In this document: one piece after another, positions 1-8,143 of the stretch
Position numbering within the stretch: the first letter of the stretch is position 1
How the letters are laid out: each line of letters opens with the position of its first letter
From: a virus
Taxonomy: Duplodnaviria; Caudoviricetes
Length of the DNA: 59,104 nt
Direction: 5' to 3' (one strand)
IMG/VR virus record: IMGVR_UViG_3300017788_000027
Location: 1-59,104 of that record
The notes under the pieces: model-generated
What the model was told of the DNA's origin: nothing
Databases searched by the model: none
The model's input: the letters and a program-made list of their open reading frames with translations, nothing else
Translations under genes and position numbers: made by a program

Positions 1-288
1 TACACCTTCTTTCTCAAAATGCAGCGTGACCAACATGTTTTTTCCGTTGGTCTTGTTTATGAGATTGTCTTTTTTGATGTTTGTCAGTGCAACACCATAT
101 AAGGCAAAGCTGAGAGCATTTACAATAGTGGTCTTGCCAGTGCCGTTGCGACTGCCGTTGTCGTCTCCGCCCTGATCTAGATTTTCGCCCAGCACGAGAG
201 TCAGTTGCTCCCGGCCAAAATCTACAGCCTGGGTCTGATTCCCGACTGACATGAAATTCTTTACTGTGAGGTCTTTGATTCGGATCAT
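1..288 (-). CDS. gp46: Recombination endonuclease ATPase subunit (T4 gp46/SbcC/Rad50-like), N-terminal part, runs off the window edge
   Basis: Not in the ORF track. Manual translation from ATG at 288: MIRIKDLTVKNFMSVGNQTQ...LVLGENLDQGGDDNGSRNGTGKTT, giving the KNFMS motif and Walker A. ATGA overlap with the gp47 stop. Confidence 0.93.
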   Translation of the reverse strand, partial: MIRIKDLTVKNFMSVGNQTQAVDFGREQLTLVLGENLDQGGDDNGSRNGTGKTTIVNALSFALYGVALTNIKKDNLINKTNGKNMLVTLHFEKEGV

Positions 289-1295
289 AGGTTATTATAA
301 ATTGCCAACAGCGTCTTGGCGTCATAGGTATCGCTTTCAATATTGACTAGTTGATTACTGACGATCTGATCAACACTTTCAAATGCTCGGATGTCGATCT
401 CTGTGTTGATTTCTACATCCTTCTTTTCTGGGATCAACGTTAATTCTCTGATGTCATACTCCCCTAGAAATTTTTCTTTGATAAAGCTGGCTTCTTCGTA
501 GCTGATATCAATGTCTAAGTTTACACGAAGGTGCATCTTAGGTTTGATGATTTTATCAGCTCCGTCGATGAGCTCACTGAGTTTAGTTGTGCGGAATGTG
601 GGCTGCGCGGGCCAACTGTGGTAAACAGGATCCTTGCCCCACTCTAAAATCATCATTCCACGATCATCGTCCCACGCATCTGAATAGTTGTGAGGAAATG
701 CATTGCCGATGTAGATCATATTTCCCCTGCGCTGGCGTTTATGAAAGTGCCCGCTGAATCCTAGTTCAAAATGTTGGAAGTGATCCAGCTGTATCTCACC
801 ATGATCAGGCATCTGTACCATGGCGTTCATGTAAAACAATGGCAGTTCAAAATGTCCAAAGATATAGTTGCCTTTTAGTTTAGCTATGCTTTTCCATTCT
901 TCGTTGACCAGCCATGGACACAATGTGACATTACCTTCAGATAACGGGTGATGTATAACATTGATGCCAGGAATATACTTGCCAAACTCTACACTGTGGA
1001 TATCACGCTTATCTTTGTAATAAAGATCATGATTACCAGGAAAAAAGAAAAACTGACTAAAAGCCTGTCCCAGCTTTTCCAATGCTCGAAGGCTGTAGTC
1101 CATAGTAGTAATGTTAAGACTATTGCGGTTGTGATGCCAATCACCCATAAAAATACCAGTGTCACATCCTTCCTCCTTGGCTTTGGCTATATACCAATCT
1201 ACAAAATCTTCACAATCTTGATTGTGCGCACCACTATTGGATTTCAAACCAAAGTGTATGTCTGTAAAACAGGCTGCTTTTTTAAAGAGATTCAT
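285..1295 (-). CDS. gp47: Recombination endonuclease nuclease subunit (T4 gp47/SbcD/Mre11-like metallophosphoesterase)
   Basis: Motifs DIHFG, GDWHH, GNHD and SGHFH; adjacent to gp46. Confidence 0.95.
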   Translation of the reverse strand: MNLFKKAACFTDIHFGLKSNSGAHNQDCEDFVDWYIAKAKEEGCDTGIFMGDWHHNRNSLNITTMDYSLRALEKLGQAFSQFFFFPGNHDLYYKDKRDIHSVEFGKYIPGINVIHHPLSEGNVTLCPWLVNEEWKSIAKLKGNYIFGHFELPLFYMNAMVQMPDHGEIQLDHFQHFELGFSGHFHKRQRRGNMIYIGNAFPHNYSDAWDDDRGMMILEWGKDPVYHSWPAQPTFRTTKLSELIDGADKIIKPKMHLRVNLDIDISYEEASFIKEKFLGEYDIRELTLIPEKKDVEINTEIDIRAFESVDQIVSNQLVNIESDTYDAKTLLAIYNNL

Positions 1296-1440
1296 AAAAG
1301 TCTTGTCCTAACATTGTTTGTATGTCTTCTAAAGTTTCATCAGGCATCTGACAGACCCAATCATCTTCCTTGGACATCCTTGTAAAACATATTTTTGCCA
1401 TGCCACCGTTGGGTAATCTAAAAGTAATGTATGTGATCAA
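1282..1440 (-). CDS. Small hypothetical protein (52 aa, TTG start)
   Basis: Manual translation MITYITFRLPNGGMAKICFTRMSKEDDWVCQMPDETLEDIQTMLGQDFYESL. Fills the gp55-gp47 gap; TTGA overlap with the gp55 stop. Confidence 0.55.
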   Translation of the reverse strand: MITYITFRLPNGGMAKICFTRMSKEDDWVCQMPDETLEDIQTMLGQDFYESL

Positions 1441-2264
1441 TCTTCATCTCCGACTGGACCATGTCTTTTCATAGCAGCGGCATGTTCAGCTGCACCGGTT
1501 CTGCTGTAACTGGGATTCATGCCATTCATTTCTAGTATATCATCTCTTATATTCTGCATTTTCTTTTCGATATTGATAATTCTCACGAAGCTGTTGGTCA
1601 CTGCCGCGGTAAAGTAAGCAAACGGATTATTACTTTTTTCCTCATTGAATTGCAAGCCTATTTGAGTTAATTGCAGAATAGCCTGCGCTCGCATCTCATC
1701 GTTGTAAGTATAGCCACGGACGTTGCCTCTGGTAGCGTAGCGCTCGCAGAGTTTGATGTACATGCGGGCTAAGTTGTCCGTGATCTGTCCGTGATCCTTG
1801 CTAAACTTGCCTTTGGCGACGCTGCCGGCCCAGTGACTTTTTCCCACACAGACCAATTCATCATTCTCATTGAATTTCCAATGTTGAAACGGTGGAAAGT
1901 TTACTTTGTCCCTACGGTCAGCGGCACTTTTTGGATTCTTTTTTCTAGTGCTGTTTAAGGGTATGTGATCATAGGTCATGATCCTAAACACGAGATCAGT
2001 TTTAGCAATTTTTTTGTAGTCGATTTCGCAGTCTGCTTGTTTGACCTTCTCCCCAGCAGCCTTTCTCGCTTGATAATCTGCATCACCTAGTCGTTTTGCT
2101 TGGCTGCGTTTGGCCTCAGCAATAGTCCTTATGTTTATTTTCCCCAAACTAGGCAGTATGATATCATATTGATGATATTCTGGTTTGGTATAACTGCAAT
2201 AAGTGTTTTTTGATTTGTGTATTTCTTCTAATAAATCTCGGTTGTTTAGGTAATTTACGGTCAT
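1437..2264 (-). CDS. gp55: Late-transcription sigma factor (T4 gp55-like)
   Basis: NYLNNRDLL N-terminus, RGYTYNDEM and SNNPFAYFT motifs; T4-like gp55-gp47-gp46 order. Confidence 0.9.
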   Translation of the reverse strand: MTVNYLNNRDLLEEIHKSKNTYCSYTKPEYHQYDIILPSLGKINIRTIAEAKRSQAKRLGDADYQARKAAGEKVKQADCEIDYKKIAKTDLVFRIMTYDHIPLNSTRKKNPKSAADRRDKVNFPPFQHWKFNENDELVCVGKSHWAGSVAKGKFSKDHGQITDNLARMYIKLCERYATRGNVRGYTYNDEMRAQAILQLTQIGLQFNEEKSNNPFAYFTAAVTNSFVRIINIEKKMQNIRDDILEMNGMNPSYSRTGAAEHAAAMKRHGPVGDED

Positions 2265-2287
2265 TTACTCAATCCTGTAGTTGTAGA

Positions 2288-2316
2288 AGTATAAACTACG
2301 CACTTTAAAAAGTCAA
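2288..2316 (-). promoter_or_regulatory. Sigma70-type promoter for gp55-gp47-gp46
   Basis: Minus strand TTGACT-17 nt-TATACT just upstream of the gp55 start. Confidence 0.8.
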
Positions 2317-2317
2317 C

Positions 2318-2323
2318 TAAATA
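2318..2323 (+). promoter_or_regulatory. Putative late promoter core TAAATA
   Basis: Matches the 3' core of the T4 late promoter TATAAATA; upstream of the first baseplate gene and its AGGGAG RBS. Confidence 0.65.
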
Positions 2324-2342
2324 TTTGCCAAGGGAGACAAAA

Positions 2343-3344
2343 ATGGCATTTGACGTAACTAAGGGTCTGTCAACAGTGGCTAGCACAGCTCAGTCGGCTT
2401 TTGGCGCAGTAAGTGCCGGTCTAAACACAGCGGCAAGATTGGGTTCGGCACTAAGTAATTTATCTAGTCCTGCAGGCCTACTAAGCACGATTCGAAGTAT
2501 AAATTTACCAGTTGGTGGAGAAGCAATCAGCAAATCTATTGCTGCATCGGCAACTTTTGGAGGCACTGACGCTAATACTGATTGGCGTGTTAGACTCAGT
2601 ATGCCTACAGGCAGCTTTTTTGATTCAAGCCCAGTGTTAAAACCATTATGGGACGCAGGCGGCTTAATTTTTCCCTATACCCCCACTATAACCATCGCAC
2701 ATTCGGCGACCTACAATGAACTATCAGTGACACATCAAAATTACCAGTTCAACGCTTATCAGAACAGTAGAGCCAGTGACATACAGATTACTGGTGAATT
2801 TAACGTACAAGATGCTGTGCAAGCCAAATATTGGATAGCCACGGTTCATTTTTTAAGAGCAGTGACAAAAATGTTTACCGGTGACACAGCTTATGCTGGG
2901 AACCCACCACCCGTGTTAAATTTCAGCGCCTACGGAGATCATGTTTTTAGAAATGTGCCAGTGGTGGTCAAAAGTTTTACTATGACATTGCCTAAAGATG
3001 TTAACTACATTAGTACAAATATTGCTAGCGGTAGCGGGTTTGGTTTAGATAGTATCAGTCAAACTGCCGGTCAGCTGGCGGGTCTTGCTGGCGTAGTTGG
3101 AGCATCAGGAGTTGCCAGAAGATTGGGTTCCGCAGCCTCTACAATCAGTGGTGTTAACAGCGTAATCAATGGATTAGGAATTTCAGGAGCTGCTGGTGGT
3201 ATGTCTTCGACAAGAGACAGCTATGTACCAACTAAAAGTGATTTAACAGTGACGGTGATGCCGGTGTACAGCAGAGAAAGTGTTAGACAATTTAGCCTAC
3301 AGCAGTTTGTCAACGGTGCTTATGTGAGCAAGGGGTATATTTAA
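2343..3344 (+). CDS. Baseplate/tail-tube initiator-like structural protein
   Basis: FPYTPTI...YQNS...IQITGEF...PPPVLNFSAYG core typical of contractile-tail tube-like baseplate proteins; precedes a gp53-like gene. Start moved to ATG 2343 (AGGGAG RBS). Confidence 0.6.
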   Translation: MAFDVTKGLSTVASTAQSAFGAVSAGLNTAARLGSALSNLSSPAGLLSTIRSINLPVGGEAISKSIAASATFGGTDANTDWRVRLSMPTGSFFDSSPVLKPLWDAGGLIFPYTPTITIAHSATYNELSVTHQNYQFNAYQNSRASDIQITGEFNVQDAVQAKYWIATVHFLRAVTKMFTGDTAYAGNPPPVLNFSAYGDHVFRNVPVVVKSFTMTLPKDVNYISTNIASGSGFGLDSISQTAGQLAGLAGVVGASGVARRLGSAASTISGVNSVINGLGISGAAGGMSSTRDSYVPTKSDLTVTVMPVYSRESVRQFSLQQFVNGAYVSKGYI

Positions 3345-3646
3345 TGGCTGCACAGTATAACAATATGAGCCCGTGGTATAACACTTCCGTAATAAGAGAT
3401 TATTTGGATGTTTTGACGATAAGACCAGTCAGCGCAGAACCTGACGATTATCTCTATACCATAGAGCCGCAGTATACATATAGGCCCGATCTTTTGGCCT
3501 ATGATTTGTACGGCACCAAAGACCTTTGGTGGGTCTTTATCCAGAGAAATTTAGATGTACTGCAAGATCCAGTATTTGATTTTGTTCCAGGAACAAAAAT
3601 CTATCTACCAAAAAATACCAGTCTCAAAGAAGTTTTAGGAGGCTAA
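3344..3646 (+). CDS. Baseplate wedge protein, gp53/LysM-like
   Basis: YRPDLLAYDLYG...LWWVF...GTKIYLP signature; 100 aa; position in the baseplate cluster. Confidence 0.8.
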   Translation: MAAQYNNMSPWYNTSVIRDYLDVLTIRPVSAEPDDYLYTIEPQYTYRPDLLAYDLYGTKDLWWVFIQRNLDVLQDPVFDFVPGTKIYLPKNTSLKEVLGG

Positions 3647-3647
3647 C

Positions 3648-6080
3648 TTGGCCATCGATGTAAAATCAGCTGCTACTACTGCGTCTAGACTGGCAAATAC
3701 TGCAATTAACTCTTCTGGAGTAGTGTCTGGTCTGCAAAATGCTGCCGGTAATCTAGACAGCTTAAAGAATGCTGCCAGTGCAGGTTTATCTAACGTTGCG
3801 GGATCGTTGACTGGCCTTGCTGGTCAGGTAAAATCCGCTATAGAATCAGTGCCTAAGATCATTGATCTTGACATCGAAAAATTAATACAGTCTGCGAAAA
3901 CAGTGGTAACAATTCCAGGTAAACCTCCGTTTCCTAATGCGTTACACAATTTCGCTAGTTACAATTACATATGGACGTTGAGTGTGTTAAGTCCTCAAGA
4001 TGTTAATTTCCCGGATGAAAGTTATAGGAAAGGTAAACTAGGCCCTTTAATTTTAAAAAGCGGCAGCGGAAACCCAAAGGATAGAATTAGCACAGTCTAT
4101 AAGAGTGTGGAAAATCCCGAAGGTAAATTTGACTATTTCATAGATGATGTTCGAATAAATGGCACTATGGGCATGGATCGAGTCACTGGAAACACCAATG
4201 CCACAGGTATTAGTTTTAAAATTACTGAACCATATAGCATGGGTTTGTTTTTTCAAAGCCTACAGATCGCAGCATTAGAAGCGGGCTATTATAACTGGCT
4301 TGATGTGCCTTTGCTTTTGAGGCTGGAATTCTTTGGTCACATTGATGCACAGAGACAAAATGTTCAGATACCCGGGACTACCAAATATTTTCCATTAAAA
4401 ATACGTGATATTAAGATGCGGGTCAGCGGGCAAGGCAGCGTCTATGATTGTGAGGCAATTCCTTGGAATGAAAAAGCACACAGCACAACATACAGTCAAG
4501 TAAAAACAGATTTAACTATCAGTGGAAAATCCGTGCAAGAAATGATACAGACCGGTGAAAAAAGTCTGCAAAAGGTGGTCAATGATGCTTATTTAGAAGC
4601 TGTGAAAAGAAAAGACGTTCAAGTACCTGATCAGATATTAATATTATTTCCCACAGACCTTAAAACCAGTGACGCTACAGGTGTAGCCAATGATTCAAGT
4701 AATGCTCCTGGAGCCACAGTCAACCCTTCAGAAAAATCCGCAGCTAATCAAAGTGTATTAAAACGGTTGGGTGTTGTTAGAGGAACCGATGGATTTAACC
4801 TAGTACAAAAAGACAATATCAATCCCATAGGTGCTGCCAATATGGGATTCAATGAATACAGAAAGGGTGAAAGCCCGTTTGGCAAAGACAACGCAGTCTA
4901 CGATGAAAAGACTGGAACCTACAAGCGCGGCAATGTCACAGTCAGCAAGACAGTCAGTGAAGCCAAATTTGCACAAGGCACTGACATACCCAATGTAATA
5001 AATCAAATAATATTGGCCAGCGACTACGGTCGTCAAGCCTTAGATCCAGACAAGATCACAGAAGACGGTTTTATCAATTGGTGGCGCATAGATACTCAGA
5101 TGTATATCATGGACACAGATGCTAACATAGAAAAAACAGGAAGAAAACCAAATCTAGTTGTGTATAGAGTAACACCACATAAGGTTCATCACAGTAAATT
5201 CATGGCACCAAATCAAGCAGCCAAAGGCACTGAACAAATTAAGTTAGAAGCCATCAAAGAATATAACTATCTATACACTGCTAAAAATCTAGATATCTTA
5301 GATTTTGCCATAGAATTCAATGCTGCATTTTACACAGCCACCAACGCTGACAGTGGAAAAAACAACGTTGACGTTCAAAGAACCGCGGAAACAGGCAACC
5401 TTGCTGCCACAGAACGCACATCAGCTGAAAATACTAGGTCCGGAGACTTTGCCAGGGATTCTCAGACAGGTCAAGTAACTTCAACAGGATTAGGCAGCGG
5501 TTCAGCCGTCCCAAGGATTGGTCTTAATACATTGCCCACCAGCAGTTATGCTGACAAAGTTAATACTAGTTCTGGCAATAAAGGTGGCCCTAGAAGCGAT
5601 GATGCAGCCACAATCGCAGCTAGACAGTTTCAAGATGCCTTAACAGCTATGGGAGACATGGTGGAGTTACAGATGAAAATTATAGGGGATCCTTTTTATA
5701 TCGGCGACAGTGGTATGGGAAATTACAGTGCTCAGGCCACTAATTTAAAAGGAATCAATGGTGATGGTGCTATTAACTATCAGGATGGAGAAGTCTACGT
5801 AGTGATCAATTTTAGAAACCCTATAGATATTAATCCTAGAACAGGTAGATATGATTTTCCTGGGGGATCACTGGTACCGCAGTTTAGTGGTCTTTATCGT
5901 GTCAGTATTGTGGAAAACAGTTTTAGTAAAGGTCAGTTCACGCAGAGTTTGACTTTAACTAGAATGGCTGGCCAGGATATCAAAGACGATGGTGGCCAAG
6001 CAGGTAAGACTGCGGTGTCAGATGTCGTTAATGCATTTAACCCCAATGACCCAGCAAGTTATAGTTCAGAGGGGGAATAA
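3648..6080 (+). CDS. Baseplate hub protein (gp27-like) with Ala/Ser/Gly-rich N-terminal extension
   Basis: Lies between gp53-like and gp5-like genes. C-terminal MKIIGDP and FSGLYRVSIVENSFSKGQFTQSLTL are typical of hub proteins. TTG start after AGGAGG. Confidence 0.7.
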   Translation: MAIDVKSAATTASRLANTAINSSGVVSGLQNAAGNLDSLKNAASAGLSNVAGSLTGLAGQVKSAIESVPKIIDLDIEKLIQSAKTVVTIPGKPPFPNALHNFASYNYIWTLSVLSPQDVNFPDESYRKGKLGPLILKSGSGNPKDRISTVYKSVENPEGKFDYFIDDVRINGTMGMDRVTGNTNATGISFKITEPYSMGLFFQSLQIAALEAGYYNWLDVPLLLRLEFFGHIDAQRQNVQIPGTTKYFPLKIRDIKMRVSGQGSVYDCEAIPWNEKAHSTTYSQVKTDLTISGKSVQEMIQTGEKSLQKVVNDAYLEAVKRKDVQVPDQILILFPTDLKTSDATGVANDSSNAPGATVNPSEKSAANQSVLKRLGVVRGTDGFNLVQKDNINPIGAANMGFNEYRKGESPFGKDNAVYDEKTGTYKRGNVTVSKTVSEAKFAQGTDIPNVINQIILASDYGRQALDPDKITEDGFINWWRIDTQMYIMDTDANIEKTGRKPNLVVYRVTPHKVHHSKFMAPNQAAKGTEQIKLEAIKEYNYLYTAKNLDILDFAIEFNAAFYTATNADSGKNNVDVQRTAETGNLAATERTSAENTRSGDFARDSQTGQVTSTGLGSGSAVPRIGLNTLPTSSYADKVNTSSGNKGGPRSDDAATIAARQFQDALTAMGDMVELQMKIIGDPFYIGDSGMGNYSAQATNLKGINGDGAINYQDGEVYVVINFRNPIDINPRTGRYDFPGGSLVPQFSGLYRVSIVENSFSKGQFTQSLTLTRMAGQDIKDDGGQAGKTAVSDVVNAFNPNDPASYSSEGE

Positions 6081-7642
6081 TGGCTGAAGAAACCAGAGTC
6101 GCCACAGGCAGTGCAGGAAATAATCCAGGGCCTTTTTTAGCCAAAGTAGTCAGCCACTTAGACCCCAATTACATGGGATCATTGGAAGTGCAACTTCTTC
6201 ATGAAGTGGGTAACGACCCAGCGAAAGAAGGACAATTACATGTGGTAAAATACATGAGTCCTTTCGCTGGTAGTACAGCAGTGGAATATGTAGGCGAAGA
6301 AGAAACCTATAATAATACACAAAAAAGTTATGGCTGGTGGGCCGTGCCTCCCGATGTGGGTTCAACTGTTATTGTGTTCTTTATCGAAGGCGATCCTAGA
6401 AAAGGATTTTGGATCGGGTGTGTACAAGACGAAAACATAAATTTTATGACACCGGGCCTCGCAGCCACAAGCTACGCTATCGATGGTGATGAAGAAAGAG
6501 TGCCAGTAGCAGAATATAATAAAAAAGCTATACCAGTTGGCAACAATGACAGCACTAAGAACAGAAAAGCACAACATCCTTTTGCTAAAATTTTACAGGA
6601 ACAAGGCCTGTTATTAGACGATATCCGTGGAATAACTACCAGCAGTGCTAGGAGAGAAACACCTAGCACAGTATTTGGAATCAGCACTCCAGGCCCAATA
6701 GACAAACAACCAGGAGCAACTAAGGGAAAGATCGGTAAAGCAGAACATCAGATCGCCGGAGCATTTGTCAGTAGACTGGGCGGTACCACTTTTGTCATGG
6801 ATGACGGCGATGACAAGTTTCTAAGAAAAAAACCAGCAAGCGAAGGTCCGCCCGAGTATGTCAGTGTCGAACAGGACGAGACTGGTGGCGACGTTACGAT
6901 CCCACACAATGAACTTGTTCGAATTAGAACACGCACTGGACATCAGATATTACTGCACAACAGCGAAGATTTAATTTATATAGGCAATGCCAAAGGCACC
7001 ACTTGGATAGAACTCACCAGCGATGGAAAGATAGACATTTTTGCCGAAGACAGCGTTAGCATCCATACAAAACAAGACCTAAATTTCTATGCTGACAGGG
7101 ATATTAATTTAGAAGCAGGTAGAAACGTAAACATAAAATCCAAAGAAGAAATGCAGATAGAAACCGGCAAAGATTTTAACCTGCTTATAGGAGCCAACGG
7201 CAAGATACTGTTAGGACAGACTGGCGCGACACCGGGCGCAGGCGATCTAGATATAAATGCCAAAGGACACATTTGGCAAACCTCTGGTGGAACCAATGAG
7301 ACCAAAGCCGGCGGTAATATCGTAGAAACAGCGCCTAATATACATATGAATGGGCCGACAGCTCAGACAGCACCTATTCCTAAAGTGTTAAAAACACACA
7401 GCCTGCCGGATCAAGAAGGCAGCGAATTAGCGCAGACTATAATGCGAAGATTGCCAACACATGAACCTTGGCCACATCATGAAAATTTAGATCCTATGAA
7501 ATATAAAGCAGATAAAACTGATAGAGATTTAGACGGAAGAAATGAAGAAAATTCTCAGTCAATACTAGAATCTCCCGAAACTTGGAAGAAATACTCCACA
7601 GTCACCGACACCTTTGCAAAACTTAAAGGTGCTGAAGGTTAA
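6080..7642 (+). CDS. gp5: Baseplate central spike (gp5/VgrG-like; OB-fold plus beta-helix; no lysozyme domain seen)
   Basis: DPNYMGSLEV...SYGWWAVPPDVGSTVIVFF...WIGC OB-fold; RTRTGHQILL and WIELTSDGKIDIF beta-helix repeats; directly before gp25. Confidence 0.85.
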   Translation: MAEETRVATGSAGNNPGPFLAKVVSHLDPNYMGSLEVQLLHEVGNDPAKEGQLHVVKYMSPFAGSTAVEYVGEEETYNNTQKSYGWWAVPPDVGSTVIVFFIEGDPRKGFWIGCVQDENINFMTPGLAATSYAIDGDEERVPVAEYNKKAIPVGNNDSTKNRKAQHPFAKILQEQGLLLDDIRGITTSSARRETPSTVFGISTPGPIDKQPGATKGKIGKAEHQIAGAFVSRLGGTTFVMDDGDDKFLRKKPASEGPPEYVSVEQDETGGDVTIPHNELVRIRTRTGHQILLHNSEDLIYIGNAKGTTWIELTSDGKIDIFAEDSVSIHTKQDLNFYADRDINLEAGRNVNIKSKEEMQIETGKDFNLLIGANGKILLGQTGATPGAGDLDINAKGHIWQTSGGTNETKAGGNIVETAPNIHMNGPTAQTAPIPKVLKTHSLPDQEGSELAQTIMRRLPTHEPWPHHENLDPMKYKADKTDRDLDGRNEENSQSILESPETWKKYSTVTDTFAKLKGAEG

Positions 7643-7645
7643 ATA
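7640..7645 (+). promoter_or_regulatory. Putative late promoter core TAAATA
   Basis: Overlaps the gp5 stop, 5 nt before the gp25 ATG. Confidence 0.5.
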
Positions 7646-7650
7646 ATTTT

Positions 7651-8094
7651 ATGACTACACAGCGTTTATATGATAAAATCGTACTAAAGGGCAAATCCCC
7701 CTCACAGGAAGCGCCCATGCCTAGGACTTATCGGGGGTTTAGCACTATAAGCGCAGACAGCGAAAGTTATACTCTTTATGATCTTTCGTTGATCAAACAA
7801 GACATAGTCAATCATTTTCATGTAAGGCAGGGAGAAAAGCTCAGTGATCCCGAATTTGGCACGATTATATGGGACTTGCTTTTTGAACCACTTACTGAAG
7901 ATTTAAAAACGCTGATATTAAAAAATGTCGAAGATGTGATCAATTATGATCCTAGGGTACGTGCGGACAATGTTATAGTTACCAGCTACGAAAGCGGTAT
8001 TCAGATAGAATGTGAGTTAACTTACCTACCATACAACATTTCAGAAACACTGCAATTTCGTTTTGATCAAGCAAACGGTCTAACGGGCAATTAA
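7651..8094 (+). CDS. gp25: Baseplate wedge subunit gp25-like
   Basis: RQGEKLSDPEFGTIIWDLLFEP...YDPRV signature. Confidence 0.92.
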   Translation: MTTQRLYDKIVLKGKSPSQEAPMPRTYRGFSTISADSESYTLYDLSLIKQDIVNHFHVRQGEKLSDPEFGTIIWDLLFEPLTEDLKTLILKNVEDVINYDPRVRADNVIVTSYESGIQIECELTYLPYNISETLQFRFDQANGLTGN

Positions 8095-8116
8095 ACTAGC
8101 ATATAATAAAAACCGC

Positions 8117-8122
8117 TAAATA
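8117..8122 (+). promoter_or_regulatory. Putative late promoter core TAAATA
   Basis: In the gp25-gp6 gap, upstream of an AGGA RBS. Confidence 0.6.
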
Positions 8123-8143
8123 TTACTAATATAGGAAGCGGAC

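Noticed and set aside
14-340. 108-aa ORF in the track
   Set aside because: Wrong frame; the overlapping frame 1..288 encodes a clear gp46 N-terminus.
948-1385. 145-aa plus-strand ORF
   Set aside because: Antisense to gp47 with no motifs.
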